A stretch of 52,389 bases of DNA. Source: Oscillospiraceae bacterium. Its GTDB lineage: Bacteria; Bacillota; Clostridia; Oscillospirales; CAG-272. Where the stretch lies: positions 1-52,389 of the forward strand of contig SVSC01000003.1 in the NCBI GenBank assembly GCA_015064525.1, given 5' to 3'. Both the position numbers and the translations under genes were made by a program. Within the stretch, counting starts at the first letter, position 1, and each line of letters starts with the position of its first letter. The notes under the pieces are model-generated. The model saw only the letters and a program-made list of their open reading frames with translations, was not told the origin of the DNA and did no database searches. Positions 44,370-52,389 of this stretch are shown one piece after another.

Positions 44370-45863
44370 ATGAAGAAATTGAAAAGAACGATCAGCTTAA
44401 TGATTCTGGCAGGCGTGCTGACCGCAAGCCTTGCCTCTTGTGTTGTCAAAGGAAACAATCCCCCCGATCCCACCGGAAATGAAACCGTTTATTCTCCCGT
44501 TACGGGAGGCCCCGGCGTTACTCCCATCATCCCCACCACCGACCCCTCTCAGGTCACCTACGCGCCTGTGGACGAAACCGTTTACATTACCGCCAAGAAC
44601 GCGGTTCTGAAGCTGGTTGCCAACACCGCCGAGAGTATTCAGCTGGGTCAGATCACCGAGCTGCACCGCATCGGCAAAAGCTCCAGCTGGAGTAAGGTGG
44701 AGTACAACGGTCAGCAATATTACATTGCCTCCAGCCTCCTCACCACCGACGATCTGATGGAAAAGACCTTCACCGCCTGCAGCAAAACGATGTACGTGAA
44801 CACGGGCTCGGTGAACGTTCGCCAGTATCCCTCTGCCGAAAACAGCTATTCCACCATTTTGGGAAGCAGGGTGCAGGGCGACGAGGTGAAGGTGATCGGG
44901 GAGAACGGCACCTGGAGCAAGATCAAGTGGACGAATGAGGGAACCGAATATACCGGCTTTATCAAATCGTCCTTCCTGTCTGTCGACCGCGTGAACGGAA
45001 CCGACGATTTCCTCAAGTATTTCACCGCGCTGGATAGCCCCGTTACCATGTACGTTTCCACCGCCACCGCAAACGTTCGCACCAAGCCCTATGCCGATAC
45101 AAGAGGTCCCATTGCCACCTCGGTGCCGGACGGTCTTCCTAAGGGAACCGCGGTAACGGTTGTTGCGAGGGGAACCGTTGAGGAGGTTGCGTGGAGCATG
45201 GTGGAATGGGCAGAGGGCTCTATCAAGAAGCAGTACTACGTTGCCACCTCCTGCTTGGACGTGACCGCGGGAGAAAAAGCAACGCTGGAGCAGGTTTTGA
45301 AGGTTTACCCCGAGCTGGAAAAGTTTGAGTCGGCTCAGAATCTCTATATTTGCGATAACCAAGCCTTCGGAAGAGGCACCCCCACCCGACTGGCAGATAA
45401 AGACGGTAATCCCACCAACGTGATCAAGATGCTCTACAAGAAGGATGCGGTTACCGCCGTTGCGGCAGGTAAGATTGCGGGTCAAGCGCCCGACGGCAAG
45501 GAGGAGGCGATCACCTGGTGCCTCATTCAGGATGCTGACATCGGCTTCTATTTCGTGGCATACAGCTGTCTCACCAGAAACGCCGACGGAACGCCCGCGG
45601 CTCCCGTGCTGTCCTTGGATCAGATCCTGAATATGTACGGCTTTGAAAAGACCTCCACCGCCATTTCCATGAAGGTGAAGGCTGAAAAAGCGAGCATTTA
45701 CACCGAGCCCGACGGGTCGGCTGCGGCTCAGCTGGATAAGGGAACGATTGTTTCCGTGGTTGCCAAGGGAGAAACGGGCAGCTTCGTGAAGAACAGCTGG
45801 TATCTGATCGAGTACAACGGCTCCTACTACTTCGTGATCCAAGGGGATCTGGAGATAAATTGA
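44370..45863 (+). CDS. Lipoprotein with multiple SH3b-like domains
   Basis: Lipobox SLASC; Pro/Thr linker; repeated (V/A)NVR..P, WSK(V/I), Y(Y/F)(I/V)...L units. Confidence 0.8.
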   Translation: MKKLKRTISLMILAGVLTASLASCVVKGNNPPDPTGNETVYSPVTGGPGVTPIIPTTDPSQVTYAPVDETVYITAKNAVLKLVANTAESIQLGQITELHRIGKSSSWSKVEYNGQQYYIASSLLTTDDLMEKTFTACSKTMYVNTGSVNVRQYPSAENSYSTILGSRVQGDEVKVIGENGTWSKIKWTNEGTEYTGFIKSSFLSVDRVNGTDDFLKYFTALDSPVTMYVSTATANVRTKPYADTRGPIATSVPDGLPKGTAVTVVARGTVEEVAWSMVEWAEGSIKKQYYVATSCLDVTAGEKATLEQVLKVYPELEKFESAQNLYICDNQAFGRGTPTRLADKDGNPTNVIKMLYKKDAVTAVAAGKIAGQAPDGKEEAITWCLIQDADIGFYFVAYSCLTRNADGTPAAPVLSLDQILNMYGFEKTSTAISMKVKAEKASIYTEPDGSAAAQLDKGTIVSVVAKGETGSFVKNSWYLIEYNGSYYFVIQGDLEIN

Positions 45864-45892
45864 TTCAACCGCTGTCCGAACGGGCAGATGAG

Positions 45893-45936
45893 AAAAAACG
45901 GTTGCTTCCGCTTGCGGGCGGGGGCAACCGTTTTTT
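45893..45936 (+). terminator. Intrinsic terminator
   Basis: aaaaaacggttgcttccgc / gcgggggcaaccgtttttt. Confidence 0.85.
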
Positions 45937-46115
45937 CCTGTATCACGGAAATCATCGGCGGAGCCGATGGTTATGGCAGGGGATCATAACACGGAGAAAA
46001 AGCCGAGAGAATTGATGCATTCCTCGATTCATCGGCTTCTCTTGAATTTCACTCTTGCAATTCCTTTCATAATGTGATATAATAAGGTAAAATCCGAGAA
46101 AGGAAAGAGAAGGGC

Positions 46116-46322
46116 ATGAAAAACCAGACCGAGATCACCGTGCGGCTTCCCGAGGAGCTGCTACGGAAAATGCTTTTTATTGCCAATGCGGAGGGGCGCT
46201 CCCTCAACAACCATATTCTCATGATGATGCGGAGCAACGCTCAGTATTTTGAGCGCACCAAGGGGCGAATCACGCCGTTGGAGCTGCAGGCGGTATCCCT
46301 TGAGGAAAAGTCGGAGGACTGA
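46116..46322 (+). CDS. Arc/ribbon-helix-helix family DNA-binding protein
   Basis: ITVRLPEEL......A.AEGRSLN pattern; RBS and upstream TTGCAA..TATAAT. Confidence 0.75.
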   Translation: MKNQTEITVRLPEELLRKMLFIANAEGRSLNNHILMMMRSNAQYFERTKGRITPLELQAVSLEEKSED

Positions 46323-46467
46323 TGCTTCTCCGTTTTGAAAAATACTATTGATTTTTTATGGAAAATCCTGTATAATGATAGCAAGCGTTGGGAAACTGCC
46401 TTGGATCGGCTGCAACGGCGCGGGCTGAATAAACCCTCTGAGGGAAGCGGAAAAGGAGAACGGGAAA

Positions 46468-46866
46468 ATGCTGCCGATCAATGAGATCAGCACGCCCGCG
46501 TTGGCGTATCTGGGAGACTGCGTGATCGAAATGATGGTGCGGGAGCGACTGGTGCGGCAGGGAATTGCCAAATCGGGTCACCTCAATGCCGCGGCGTTGC
46601 GCTACGTGAAGGCGTCGGCGCAGGCAGAAGCCATGCGAAGAATTCTGGAGGCGCTCACCGAGGAGGAAATGCGGATCTATAAGCGAGGCAGAAACTCGGG
46701 GCATCTGAAGGCTCCGAAAAGCGCGGGAACGGCAGAATACCGCATGGCATCGGGCATGGAGGTTCTGTTTGGACACCTGCACCTAACCGATCAGCGGGAG
46801 CGGGCAGAGGCGCTGTTTGCTCTGGCGTATCCCTTGGAGACGGCGCAAGCCGAAAACGAAGCCTGA
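46468..46866 (+). CDS. mrnC: Mini-ribonuclease III
   Basis: LAYLGD.V.E, YVKA.AQA, KRGRN, YR.ASG.E.L.G.L. Confidence 0.9.
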   Translation: MLPINEISTPALAYLGDCVIEMMVRERLVRQGIAKSGHLNAAALRYVKASAQAEAMRRILEALTEEEMRIYKRGRNSGHLKAPKSAGTAEYRMASGMEVLFGHLHLTDQRERAEALFALAYPLETAQAENEA

Positions 46867-46907
46867 GGGCAAAACATTTCACAGATAACCGAAAGGAAAC
46901 AAAAACG

Positions 46908-47420
46908 ATGTACGATCTGAATCATCCGAAAATTAAATTTATCATTCGTGACTTTGGCGAAATTACAGCCGAGCTGTACCCCGAAAAGGCGCCCCGCACC
47001 GTGGCAAACTTTTTGCATTTGGTGGACGAGGGCTTTTACAGCGGCTTGATCTTCCACCGCGTGATCAGCGGCTTTATGATCCAGGGCGGCGGCTTTAACG
47101 AGAGCTTTGAGCAGATGGAGGCGGCTGCCATTCCCGGCGAGTTTTTTGCCAACGGCTATTCCCGCAACGATCTCCATCATGCCCCCGGAGTGCTTTCCAT
47201 GGCGCGCACCAACGATCCCAACTCCGCATCCTCTCAGTTCTTTATTATGCACAAGGACGCGGCGTATCTGGACCGTCAGTACGCGGGCTTCGGTCAGGTG
47301 ATCGAGGGCATGGACGTGGTGGATCGCATCGCGGCGGTTCCCACGGGTCGTATGGGCTGGTACGATGACGTTCCCCGCGTTCCCGTTGTGATTGAGTCGG
47401 TTGTCCGCGTGGAGGATTGA
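46908..47420 (+). CDS. ppiB: Cyclophilin-type peptidyl-prolyl isomerase
   Basis: AP.TVANF, FHRVI.GFMIQGGG, LSMART..P.SA.SQFFI, LD.QYA.FG.V. Confidence 0.93.
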   Translation: MYDLNHPKIKFIIRDFGEITAELYPEKAPRTVANFLHLVDEGFYSGLIFHRVISGFMIQGGGFNESFEQMEAAAIPGEFFANGYSRNDLHHAPGVLSMARTNDPNSASSQFFIMHKDAAYLDRQYAGFGQVIEGMDVVDRIAAVPTGRMGWYDDVPRVPVVIESVVRVED

Positions 47421-47447
47421 ACCCTATTCTGAAGGGAGGAAAATATA

Positions 47448-47930
47448 ATGAATACCAAGCTGTTGAAGCTGTTGAGCCGTGATTCCCGTATCTCCGAGGG
47501 AGATATGGCAACCATGCTGGGGCTTTCCGAGGAGGAGGTTCGCGCCGAGATTCGTGAAATGGAGGAGGCGGGCATCATTCGCGGCTACAAGGCGGTGATC
47601 GACTGGGAGCGGCTGGATGACGCCTACGTTTCCGCCATCATCGAGCTGAAGGTTACCCCCAAGGCGGGGTTGGGCTTTGAGGACGTTGCCGCCAAGGTGA
47701 TGAAGTATCCCGAGGTGGAGTCGGTATATCTGATGTCGGGGGTCTACGATCTCAACGTGGTGGTGAAGGGACGAACCTTCCATGAGGTGGCAAAATTTAT
47801 TGCCAAGGAGCTTTCCACCATTGAGTCGGTCACCTCCACCGCAACCCATTTTGTGCTTCGTCGATACAAGGAAATGGACGTGGAGCTGCTGGGAAACGGT
47901 GTTGACGAGAGGGGTAGCTATTCGCTGTGA
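47448..47930 (+). CDS. Lrp/AsnC family transcriptional regulator
   Basis: N-terminal HTH (D.R.S...A..LG.S), E..GII.GY, MSG.YDL, STATHF.L..YK. Confidence 0.92.
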   Translation: MNTKLLKLLSRDSRISEGDMATMLGLSEEEVRAEIREMEEAGIIRGYKAVIDWERLDDAYVSAIIELKVTPKAGLGFEDVAAKVMKYPEVESVYLMSGVYDLNVVVKGRTFHEVAKFIAKELSTIESVTSTATHFVLRRYKEMDVELLGNGVDERGSYSL

Positions 47931-49096
47931 TGGATTATACGAAAATACTGTCTCCCGTTGTTACGGAGGTTCCGCCCTCGGGAATCCGCAAGTATTTCGA
48001 CATTGCGGAATCCATGCAAGGGGTGATCTCTCTGGGTGTGGGAGAGCCCGATTTCCCAACTCCTTGGGAGATCCGCAAGGCGGGTATCCTCTCTCTTGAG
48101 GCGGGAAAAACCCGTTATACCGCCAACAAGGGCTTGGAGCAGCTACGGGTGGAGATTTCCGCCTACATGAAACGGAAGTATCAGCTCAACTACAGCCCGA
48201 CAGATGAGATTCTTGTAACGGTTGGCGGTTCTGAGGCGATTGATATGACGCTTCGCGCCGTGATCTGCCCCGGGGACGAGATTATTATTCCTCAGCCGAG
48301 CTACGTTTGCTATGAGCCCATGGTTCGTTTTTCGGGAGGCGTTCCCGTGATTCTGGAAACAACCGCCGAGCATGACTTTAAGGTCACTCCCGAAATGCTT
48401 CGGTCGGTCATCACGCCTCGCACCAAGGCGCTGATTATGCCCTATCCTTGCAATCCCACGGGCGCCATTATGGAGCGAGAGGATTTGGAGGCGGTTGCCG
48501 AGGTTCTGAGGGACACCAATATTCTGGTGCTTTCCGACGAAATTTATGCCGAGCTGACCTTTGGAGCGCGCAGTCACGTTTCGATTGCCGCCATTGAGGG
48601 CATGAAGGAGCGCTGTGTTGTGGTCAACGGCTTTTCCAAAACCTTTTCCATGACCGGCTGGCGCATGGGCTATGCCTGCGGTCCCGAGCCGATCATGAGG
48701 CAGGTGACCAAGATTCATCAGTTTGCCATCATGTCTGCCCCCACCACAGCCCAGTACGCCGCCATTGAGGCGTTGCGCCACGGCGACGAGGCGGTGAAGA
48801 ATATGATGGAGGAATACGATATGCGCCGTAGGCTGATCGTGAGCGGCTTCAACCGTTTGGGATTGACCTGTCGGGAGCCGAAGGGGGCCTTTTATGCCTT
48901 CCCCTGCATTCGCTCCACGGGACTCACCAGCGATGCCTTCTGCGAGCAGCTGCTCTATTCGCAAAGGGTTGCCGTGGTTCCCGGAACCGCCTTTGGCGCG
49001 GGAGGCGAGGGCTTTGTTCGCGCATCCTACTGTTATTCCACCGAGCATATCCGAGAGGCCTTGAATCGGATTGAGCGCTTTTTAAAGACGTTGTAA
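47927..49096 (+). CDS. PLP-dependent aminotransferase class I/II
   Basis: SLGVGEPDF, NPTG, SDEIY, NGFSKTFSMTGWR.GY, GAFY.F. Confidence 0.93.
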   Translation: MMDYTKILSPVVTEVPPSGIRKYFDIAESMQGVISLGVGEPDFPTPWEIRKAGILSLEAGKTRYTANKGLEQLRVEISAYMKRKYQLNYSPTDEILVTVGGSEAIDMTLRAVICPGDEIIIPQPSYVCYEPMVRFSGGVPVILETTAEHDFKVTPEMLRSVITPRTKALIMPYPCNPTGAIMEREDLEAVAEVLRDTNILVLSDEIYAELTFGARSHVSIAAIEGMKERCVVVNGFSKTFSMTGWRMGYACGPEPIMRQVTKIHQFAIMSAPTTAQYAAIEALRHGDEAVKNMMEEYDMRRRLIVSGFNRLGLTCREPKGAFYAFPCIRSTGLTSDAFCEQLLYSQRVAVVPGTAFGAGGEGFVRASYCYSTEHIREALNRIERFLKTL

Positions 49097-49127
49097 GAAA
49101 GACATATAAATAATAAGGAGACTTTTT

Positions 49128-49622
49128 ATGAAAGCGGTTTATGTACATCCCACTTATGGAGAGATTGTTTATCAAGAGAGCTTTTGGACGGGAAAGAAAA
49201 GCATGACCGTGAACGGTATGGTTGCAACGCCCAAGAGCAAGACCGAGTTTGTGGTGTATCTGCCCGAGGGCGAGTGTGAGCTTGCCGTGAGAGGAGGCTA
49301 CGTTGGGAAGGTGGAGCTAACGGTGAACGGCGAAGTTGTTCAGCTTGTTCCGCCGGCCAAATGGTATGAGGTGCTGCTATCAACGCTGATTTTCGGCATC
49401 GCGGTGGCGTTTGGAAACGTTCCCTTCCTTGCCGCGCTTCTTCCGCTTGCGGGCGGCGCGATTGGCGGCGCGGTCAGCGGTATGATGGCGTTTCTCACGC
49501 TGTTGTTTATGAAGAGCCAAAAGACAACGGTGAACAAGCTGTTGGTCTGGGCAGGTATGCTGGCAGGCACGGTCGCCGTTCTTCATGTGCTTGCGATTAC
49601 GCTGCTTGTGCTGTTATATTAA
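49128..49622 (+). CDS. Hypothetical membrane protein
   Basis: AAGGAG RBS; soluble N-half (ESFWTGKK) then three hydrophobic segments with GGAIGGA. Confidence 0.75.
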   Translation: MKAVYVHPTYGEIVYQESFWTGKKSMTVNGMVATPKSKTEFVVYLPEGECELAVRGGYVGKVELTVNGEVVQLVPPAKWYEVLLSTLIFGIAVAFGNVPFLAALLPLAGGAIGGAVSGMMAFLTLLFMKSQKTTVNKLLVWAGMLAGTVAVLHVLAITLLVLLY

Positions 49623-49628
49623 GAAACG

Positions 49629-49668
49629 CATTCGCCCCCGCTGATATCGGCGGGGGCGAATGGTTTTT
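49629..49668. terminator. Terminator between convergent genes
   Basis: cattcgcccccgc / gcgggggcgaatg plus T-tract. Confidence 0.8.
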
Positions 49669-49675
49669 GAACATA

Positions 49676-50464
49676 TTAAAACACTTGATCAAACTTCTCG
49701 ATCGTTTTACGGTAGGGGAAAAGACTGTTGGCGAGGAGAAGCCGATAGAGGGTGTGAGGAAAGCGACAATCGTAGCCGCCCCAGTAAGAGAGGAGATAGG
49801 CGTAGACTAAGAGCTCCATGGCGTTTTCGGTTTCTTTACACGCGGCGTGAAAGCGCATTTGCTCCAAGTCTGCTCCCGCGGATTCCCAAAAGAGATAACT
49901 CCATAGGTGATCGGTGTCTTTGCGAATGTCCGAGGCAGTCCATCCGCTCAGACCCTTGTAGGGGGGACGGTTCACGGAGGGGTAGGTATGGGCGTTGACT
50001 TCATGCTGTCTCAACGCTTCCTCGGTTTCAAAGTCGTTCGCCGTGTTGATGGCGTGGGCAAAGAGGCGGAAGTATTCGTTATTTACCAGGGGCAAAAGAC
50101 AACGGGTGAGGGGAGAGACGGCGCGCTCCTCGTCGAAATCCAACAAGCACGGAAGCCCGTTCTGCTGCCAACGCGCAAAATAAAAGCGGGTGAGGGCGAT
50201 GCTTTCGGGGGCGGCTAAGTTTCGCAGGGCAACGGTGGCAAGGGCGCTGCCGATGTTGGGGGCTTCCACGTAGAGCCGACTGTTGTTGAAAAGCACCACC
50301 TCCACCAGATCATTGGAATGACAGGTGCGCCCCGAATCGGGAATGACGTGGAGGCTTGCCTGCTCAACCGTGAGCCCCTCCTCCGTGGCAATGCGGTGGG
50401 CGTGGGGCAGGGCGGGGCATAGCGCAATGGCGCGGTGATCCCGACGCAAAACGAAGGTATCCAT
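49676..50464 (-). CDS. Hypothetical protein
   Basis: 262-codon ORF filling the space between a terminator and a minus-strand TTGACA-17-TATACT promoter (about 50575-50602); no recognised motif. Confidence 0.7.
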   Translation of the reverse strand: MDTFVLRRDHRAIALCPALPHAHRIATEEGLTVEQASLHVIPDSGRTCHSNDLVEVVLFNNSRLYVEAPNIGSALATVALRNLAAPESIALTRFYFARWQQNGLPCLLDFDEERAVSPLTRCLLPLVNNEYFRLFAHAINTANDFETEEALRQHEVNAHTYPSVNRPPYKGLSGWTASDIRKDTDHLWSYLFWESAGADLEQMRFHAACKETENAMELLVYAYLLSYWGGYDCRFPHTLYRLLLANSLFPYRKTIEKFDQVF

Positions 50465-50700
50465 GTGTCAAATTCGAACGGTTGCCTTCCCGCGAGGCTT
50501 TTGGGAACCGCCGCTTCCTTTCTGTTTTTTTGGGGGGCTTTGCCGTAGCGAAGCCGCCTTTTTTTGTGGGATCAGTATATCATATTTTCAAGCTTCTGTC
50601 AATATGTGACAAAAAGATTTTTCTTTTTTGTATGAATTGTTGGGGAATGGAAATGTCAAGAGCTTTTTCGAAAAAACCGATGTAAAAAAATTAACGAGAA

Positions 50701-50748
50701 ATACAAGATATATATGTTCAAAACGTAAAAAACCACAAGATGTAGTGT
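50701..50748. promoter_or_regulatory. Tandem NrdR boxes
   Basis: ataCaAgATaTatatg (50701-50716) and ccaCaAgATgTaGtgt (50733-50748), 32 bp apart, next to the TTGACA..TATACT promoter of nrdG-nrdD. Confidence 0.75.
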
Positions 50749-50816
50749 TTTCTGTTGACAATTGTTGGAATTTGTGGTATACTGTATAGGCATCGAAAAA
50801 AAGGGGAATCAGTTGC

Positions 50817-51506
50817 GTGAATATACAAGGGTTTCAAAAAATGACGCTGTTGGATTATCCAACCAAAACTGCCTGCACCGTGTTCACGGGAGGCTGTAAT
50901 TTGCGTTGCCCGTTCTGCCATAATGCCGATCTGGTGCGCCATCCCATGGCTTCCGCTTCAATGGAGACGGAGGTTTTGGCGTATCTGGAAAAAAGACAGG
51001 GATTGATAGACGGCGTTTGCGTGACGGGAGGCGAGCCGCTTCTCCAGCATGACCTCGCCGCGTTTCTCACGCGGGTGAAGGCAATGGGCTATGCGGTGAA
51101 GCTGGACACCAACGGACGGTTGCCCTCTCGATTGCAAGCAATTTTGCAAACGGGTCTTGTGGACTACGTTGCGATGGATCTGAAGCATATCCCCGAGCGA
51201 TATGCCGAAGCGGTTGGCTGTGATGCCGACCCCGCTCCCTTTCTGGAAAGTCTTCGCGTGCTTTCGGAAAGCGGGATCGCTTATGAATTGCGAACCACCG
51301 CGGTTCGGGGAATTCACCGAGTGGAGGATTTTGAGGAGATGGCAGGTCTGATCCCGCAAAACCCCCCGTATTTTATTCAATGCTTCAAGGATTCGGGAAA
51401 TCTTTTGGCGCAGGGCTGCTCGGCTTTCTCGGAGGCTGAAATGCAGGAATGTCTGCGTAACGCGAAAAAGCACCACCAAAACACATATATCAGAGGGTTA
51501 GATTAA
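50817..51506 (+). CDS. nrdG: Anaerobic ribonucleotide reductase activating protein (radical SAM)
   Basis: TLLDYP, GCNLRCPFCHN (CxxxCxxC), TGGEP, KLDTNG; directly upstream of nrdD. Confidence 0.9.
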   Translation: MNIQGFQKMTLLDYPTKTACTVFTGGCNLRCPFCHNADLVRHPMASASMETEVLAYLEKRQGLIDGVCVTGGEPLLQHDLAAFLTRVKAMGYAVKLDTNGRLPSRLQAILQTGLVDYVAMDLKHIPERYAEAVGCDADPAPFLESLRVLSESGIAYELRTTAVRGIHRVEDFEEMAGLIPQNPPYFIQCFKDSGNLLAQGCSAFSEAEMQECLRNAKKHHQNTYIRGLD

Positions 51507-51554
51507 CCCAAAACGAAAACAAGAACAAGAATAATTCTAAAAAAGGAGTAGAGT

Positions 51555-52389
51555 ATGTATCGTGTCAATAAGCGAGACGGTCAGGTAGTGGAATTTGATA
51601 TTGCCAAGATCTCAAACGCCATTCGTCAGGCATTTATCGCCTGCAACCGTCATTATAATCAAAATATTATCGACTTTTTGGCGCTGAAGGTCACCTCGGA
51701 TTTTGAGCCAAAGGTTGCCGACGGCATTGTTTCGGTTGAGGATATTCAGGATAGCGCGGAAACGGTTCTGGTGCAGGCGGGCTATGCCGACGTTGCCAAG
51801 GCATATATCCTTTACCGTCGCCAGAGAGAAAAGCTGAGAAACATGAAGTCCACCATTCTCGACTATAAGGATCTGGTGGATCAGTACGTGAAGAGCATCG
51901 ACTGGCGCGTGAAGGAGAATTCCACCGTTACCTATTCGGTTGGAGGTCTGATCCTCAGCAACTCGGGCGCCATTACCGCCAACTATTGGCTTTCCGAGAT
52001 CTACGACGACGAGATCGCAAAGGCGCACAAAAACGCGGATATCCACATCCACGATCTTTCCATGCTCACGGGCTACTGCGCGGGCTGGTCGCTGAAGCAA
52101 TTGATCGAGGAGGGGCTGGGAGGCGTTCCCGGTAAGATCACCTCGGCTCCCGCCAAGCATCTGGCAAGCCTTTGCAATCAGATGGTCAACTTTCTGGGCA
52201 TTATGCAGAACGAGTGGGCGGGCGCTCAGGCGTTCTCCTCCTTCGATACCTATCTTGCCCCCTTTGTGAAGGCGGACAATCTGTCCTACGATGCCGTGAA
52301 GAAGTGCATTGAATCCTTTGTCTACGGCGTGAACACCCCCAGCCGTTGGGGAACGCAGGCTCCCTTCAGCAATATCACCCTGGACTGGA
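51555..52389 (+). CDS. nrdD: Anaerobic (class III) ribonucleoside-triphosphate reductase, partial (runs off the right edge)
   Basis: Manual translation MYRVNKRDGQVVEFDIAKI (ATP cone), VEDIQD, DWRVKENS, H...DIHIHDL, YCAGWSL, QNEWAGAQAFSSFDT. Confidence 0.93.
   Translation, partial: MYRVNKRDGQVVEFDIAKISNAIRQAFIACNRHYNQNIIDFLALKVTSDFEPKVADGIVSVEDIQDSAETVLVQAGYADVAKAYILYRRQREKLRNMKSTILDYKDLVDQYVKSIDWRVKENSTVTYSVGGLILSNSGAITANYWLSEIYDDEIAKAHKNADIHIHDLSMLTGYCAGWSLKQLIEEGLGGVPGKITSAPAKHLASLCNQMVNFLGIMQNEWAGAQAFSSFDTYLAPFVKADNLSYDAVKKCIESFVYGVNTPSRWGTQAPFSNITLDW

Overview
A chromosomal window from a moderately GC-rich, endospore-forming Clostridia-type firmicute (inferred from spoVAD/E, sigmaA/sigmaG-type promoters and gene content). 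Most of it is housekeeping: tRNA-Trp, tmk, cysE, mntP, a GH2 hydrolase, rnhA, a P-type ATPase under a yybP-ykoY riboswitch, rlmH, galK, pcrA, a PBP2, an mreB-like gene, maf, a split transketolase, rsmA, tRNA-Thr, spoVAD/E, mrnC, a cyclophilin and nrdG-nrdD with NrdR boxes. Two cell-surface accessory loci stand out. The first (3.3-8.9 kb) is a SipW signal peptidase operon with four TasA/CalY-like genes that looks like a complete fibre: anchor, major subunit, minor subunit and tip adhesin. The second (18.6-26.0 kb) is an array of five InlB B-repeat lipoproteins containing a duplicated long+short gene pair. The most unusual non-coding signal is a ~280 bp gene-less element directly downstream of tRNA-Trp. 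It is bounded by a 13 bp repeat of the tRNA 3' end and built from short perfect hairpins joined by 8-nt linkers that are mutually complementary in nested order. Other oddities are a non-canonical leader on mntP, an ABC ATPase with every catalytic motif substituted, a stand-alone E2-like acyltransferase with His replaced by Glu, and a branched structured RNA candidate at 40.4 kb. I saw no CRISPR array, integrase, transposase or reverse transcriptase. All family assignments come from motif recognition by eye, not from database searches.
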